Assembly (NCBI GenBank): GCA_964485095.1
Contig: CAZAIB010000056.1
Location: forward strand, 1-32,000
Direction of reading: 5' to 3'
From: an uncultured Planctomycetaceae bacterium
GTDB taxonomy: Bacteria; Planctomycetota; Planctomycetia; Planctomycetales; Planctomycetaceae
DNA: 32,000 bases
Below, in pieces: positions 30,300-32,000 of this stretch. A program made the translations under genes and the position numbers. Within the stretch, counting starts at the first letter, position 1, and each line of letters starts with the position of its first letter. Under the pieces are notes generated by a model, which worked only from the letters and a program-made list of their open reading frames with translations, made no database searches and was not told where the DNA came from.

Positions 30300-30338
30300 C
30301 GAGCGGCGCGTTCTCACCGCCGCTCGGCTTTCGTGTTT
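30300..30338 (+). terminator. Intrinsic terminator/attenuator between the fasciclin gene and the ECF sigma gene
   Basis: 9-bp GC-rich stem CGAGCGGCG / CGCCGCTCG with a 9-nt loop, followed by GCTTTCGTGTTT. It starts 29 nt after the fasciclin stop and ends 22 nt before the GTG at 30360. Confidence 0.6.
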
Positions 30339-30359
30339 GACAGAGAGAGAATTACAAAC

Positions 30360-30920
30360 GTGCCGTCGCCGATACTTCAACAGGTAGCAAGAGGAGACGA
30401 AGCTGCCGTGCGCGAATGCCTTTCGCGATACGGCGGCCTTGTCTGGTCGTTGGCTCGGAAGTCCTGCAAAGACCAATCCGAAGCTGAAGATGCTGTGCAG
30501 GAAATTTTCCTGGCCGTGTGGCAAAGCGCGCATCGCTACGATCCTGAAATTGCCGCGGAATCGACTTTTGTTGCAGTGATCGCCCGGCGTAAGCTCATCG
30601 ACAGACGCCGACGACAGGGTTCGCGTCTAGAACCGGAATCAATGGTGGCCGAACCCAAAGCGATTCAAAGAAGTGCTGAGCAGATTGCGAGCCTTGGCGA
30701 TGAGGCCGCTATCGCGACGGAAGTGCTCAACACGCTTCCGAAACAGGAAGTTGAAGTTCTTCGTCTCTCAATCTTCGAGGGGCTTACTCATTCAGAAATC
30801 GCCGGAACAACCGGTTTGGCTTTGGGAACCGTGAAGACAAGCATTCGACGCGGCCTGCAAAAGCTAAGAGACCGGCTTGCAGCCAGAACCAATCAATCAA
30901 TGGCAGGAGGGATGCAATGA
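30360..30920 (+). CDS. ECF (sigma-70 family group IV) RNA polymerase sigma factor, SigK-like context
   Basis: Region 2 EDAVQEIFLAVWQSAHRYDP and region 4 LPKQEVEVLRLSIFEGLTHSEIAGTTGLALGTVKTSIRRGLQKLRDRL. GTG at 30360 is the first start downstream of the terminator hairpin. The other candidate, GTG at 30333, lies inside the hairpin tail. The track start 30213 overlaps the fasciclin gene. Confidence 0.9.
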   Translation: MPSPILQQVARGDEAAVRECLSRYGGLVWSLARKSCKDQSEAEDAVQEIFLAVWQSAHRYDPEIAAESTFVAVIARRKLIDRRRRQGSRLEPESMVAEPKAIQRSAEQIASLGDEAAIATEVLNTLPKQEVEVLRLSIFEGLTHSEIAGTTGLALGTVKTSIRRGLQKLRDRLAARTNQSMAGGMQ

Positions 30921-31768
30921 CAGATCAATCGCATCCTGAAAACGAAAGATTGTTGGACCTCCTGGCAGCGTACTCCGTTCAGGAACTCGCGCCTCAAGAA
31001 CGGGACGAATTAAAGATGTTACTCGAGCAGGAAGACGGCTTCACAGCACAGGAATTCGAAGTCGCCGCAGCCGCAATGCACCTTGCCATGAGCGAACCAG
31101 ATTTAATCATGCCGGAAAGTCTGGCGGACAAAGTCATTTCTGACGCCAACGAGTACTTCGAGAAGCTGCACCCACCAACGGAGCCCAAAGCGGCGCCAGT
31201 CCCTTCTGCGTTGTCCGCGCCAGCCGATGTTTCCACAGCTGCTGGAGAACCGAAGCCGGGCTTCTCATTGAGAGAAGGCCTGGCCTGGTTGGTCGCGGCT
31301 GCCGCGGTGGTTGTGCTTTTTGTTAACCGACCGGTTCCGAAAGACGATCCCGTTGATCTCGGGCCTCAGGTGGTTACCGCGGCGGAATCGCGAGAGGCGT
31401 TGTTGAAAGCCGACGACACCATCAAGTTGGATTGGCAGACAACGCCTGATCCGACAGCCACAGATGCATCTGGCGATATCGTCTGGAACACGAAGCGCCA
31501 GCAAGGCTTCATGCGGATTGCTGACCTAAGGAAGAACGACCCGAAAGAGTTCCAGTACCAGCTATGGATCTTCGACCACGATCAAAAATATCCAATTGAT
31601 GGCGGAGTCTTCAACATCACCGATGCCGAACAGCTGATTCCAATTGATGCCAAAATCGCAGCCTCGGACGTGTTCCAATTCGCGATCACAATCGAAAAAC
31701 CCGGCGGTGTTGTCGTGTCAGGGCAAGAGCGTATCCCGCTATTGGCTAAGGTGACGCCGAAGGAGTAG
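30917..31768 (+). CDS. Transmembrane anti-sigma factor with RskA-type (anti-sigma-K) C-terminal domain
   Basis: ATGA overlap with the sigma gene, with AGGAGG 7-8 nt upstream. Single TM (LAWLVAAAAVVVLFV). The C-terminal pattern WNTKRQQGFMRIADL...YQLWIFD...FAITIEKPGGVVVS matches my recollection of the RskA domain. Confidence 0.8.
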   Translation: MTDQSHPENERLLDLLAAYSVQELAPQERDELKMLLEQEDGFTAQEFEVAAAAMHLAMSEPDLIMPESLADKVISDANEYFEKLHPPTEPKAAPVPSALSAPADVSTAAGEPKPGFSLREGLAWLVAAAAVVVLFVNRPVPKDDPVDLGPQVVTAAESREALLKADDTIKLDWQTTPDPTATDASGDIVWNTKRQQGFMRIADLRKNDPKEFQYQLWIFDHDQKYPIDGGVFNITDAEQLIPIDAKIAASDVFQFAITIEKPGGVVVSGQERIPLLAKVTPKE

Positions 31769-31796
31769 TGCGGAGCTAAGCAGCCGGCCCGCAGCG

Positions 31797-32000
31797 TTAA
31801 GGATACAACAGGTACCTGGAACGCCGCTCCTTGAACTCCGTCAGTTCCGCTTTCCATAACCGAGCCGACTCAGGCGGCGAGTTGCCAGCAAGTATCGACT
31901 CCAAGACTCTCTCGCTGGCGAGCAATCGGTTCAGCGACTTGGTTTCCCACTTATCCGGATACAGTCGTCGGAACTCCTGCGCGATGGTGAGACCGACTTG
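31797..32000 (-). CDS. Partial CDS (3' end only; 5' end beyond the window), unknown function
   Basis: An open frame runs from the window edge to TAA at 31797..31799, encoding ...AQEFRRLYPDKWETKSLNRLLASERVLESILAGNSPPESARLWKAELTEFKERRSRYLLYP*. It is not in the ORF track because no start lies in the window. It is convergent with the anti-sigma gene. Confidence 0.45.
   Translation of the reverse strand, partial: QVGLTIAQEFRRLYPDKWETKSLNRLLASERVLESILAGNSPPESARLWKAELTEFKERRSRYLLYP

Overview
32-kb chromosomal-looking window (roughly 55% G+C by eye) with 21 complete and 1 partial protein-coding genes. I found no rRNA, tRNA, CRISPR array, transposase, integrase or phage gene. The gene content suggests a Planctomycetota (Pirellulales-like) genome; this is inference only. 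It rests on a giant membrane-anchored low-complexity protein, a secreted prenyltransferase/squalene-oxidase-repeat protein, an ECF sigma/anti-sigma pair, a hybrid histidine kinase and frequent 4-nt ATGA/GTGA gene overlaps. Layout, left to right: (a) SNF2/SWIM helicase (+). (b) A long minus-strand run: acidic secreted protein, guaB, rsmA, alpha/alpha-toroid-like protein, a ~1730-aa DUF4175-like coiled-coil giant with near-identical 351-357-bp in-frame tandem repeats, rdgB, a secreted protein and a DUF1295 membrane protein. (c) A Trx-NHL protein (NHLRC2-like, CCINC motif) and a phosphosugar transferase (+). (d) A YtrA-type GntR / ABC ATPase / fused double ABC-2 permease operon with a clear palindromic operator (+). 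(e) A hybrid sensor kinase followed by one ExbB-like and two ExbD-like genes (-). (f) A fasciclin protein plus a SigK/RskA-like ECF pair (+). This is not a defence-island-like or mobile region. Best candidates for undescribed biology, in my order: (1) an ExbB/ExbD/ExbD module with no TonB in the window, whose main ExbD carries a ~130-aa helical spacer, lying downstream of a hybrid kinase with four OB-like periplasmic modules; (2) the translationally coupled giant coiled-coil protein plus secreted toroid protein; (3) the YtrA-ABC operon, whose 929-aa permease ends in a ~450-aa domain I cannot assign. All family names come from motif recognition by eye; no searches were run.
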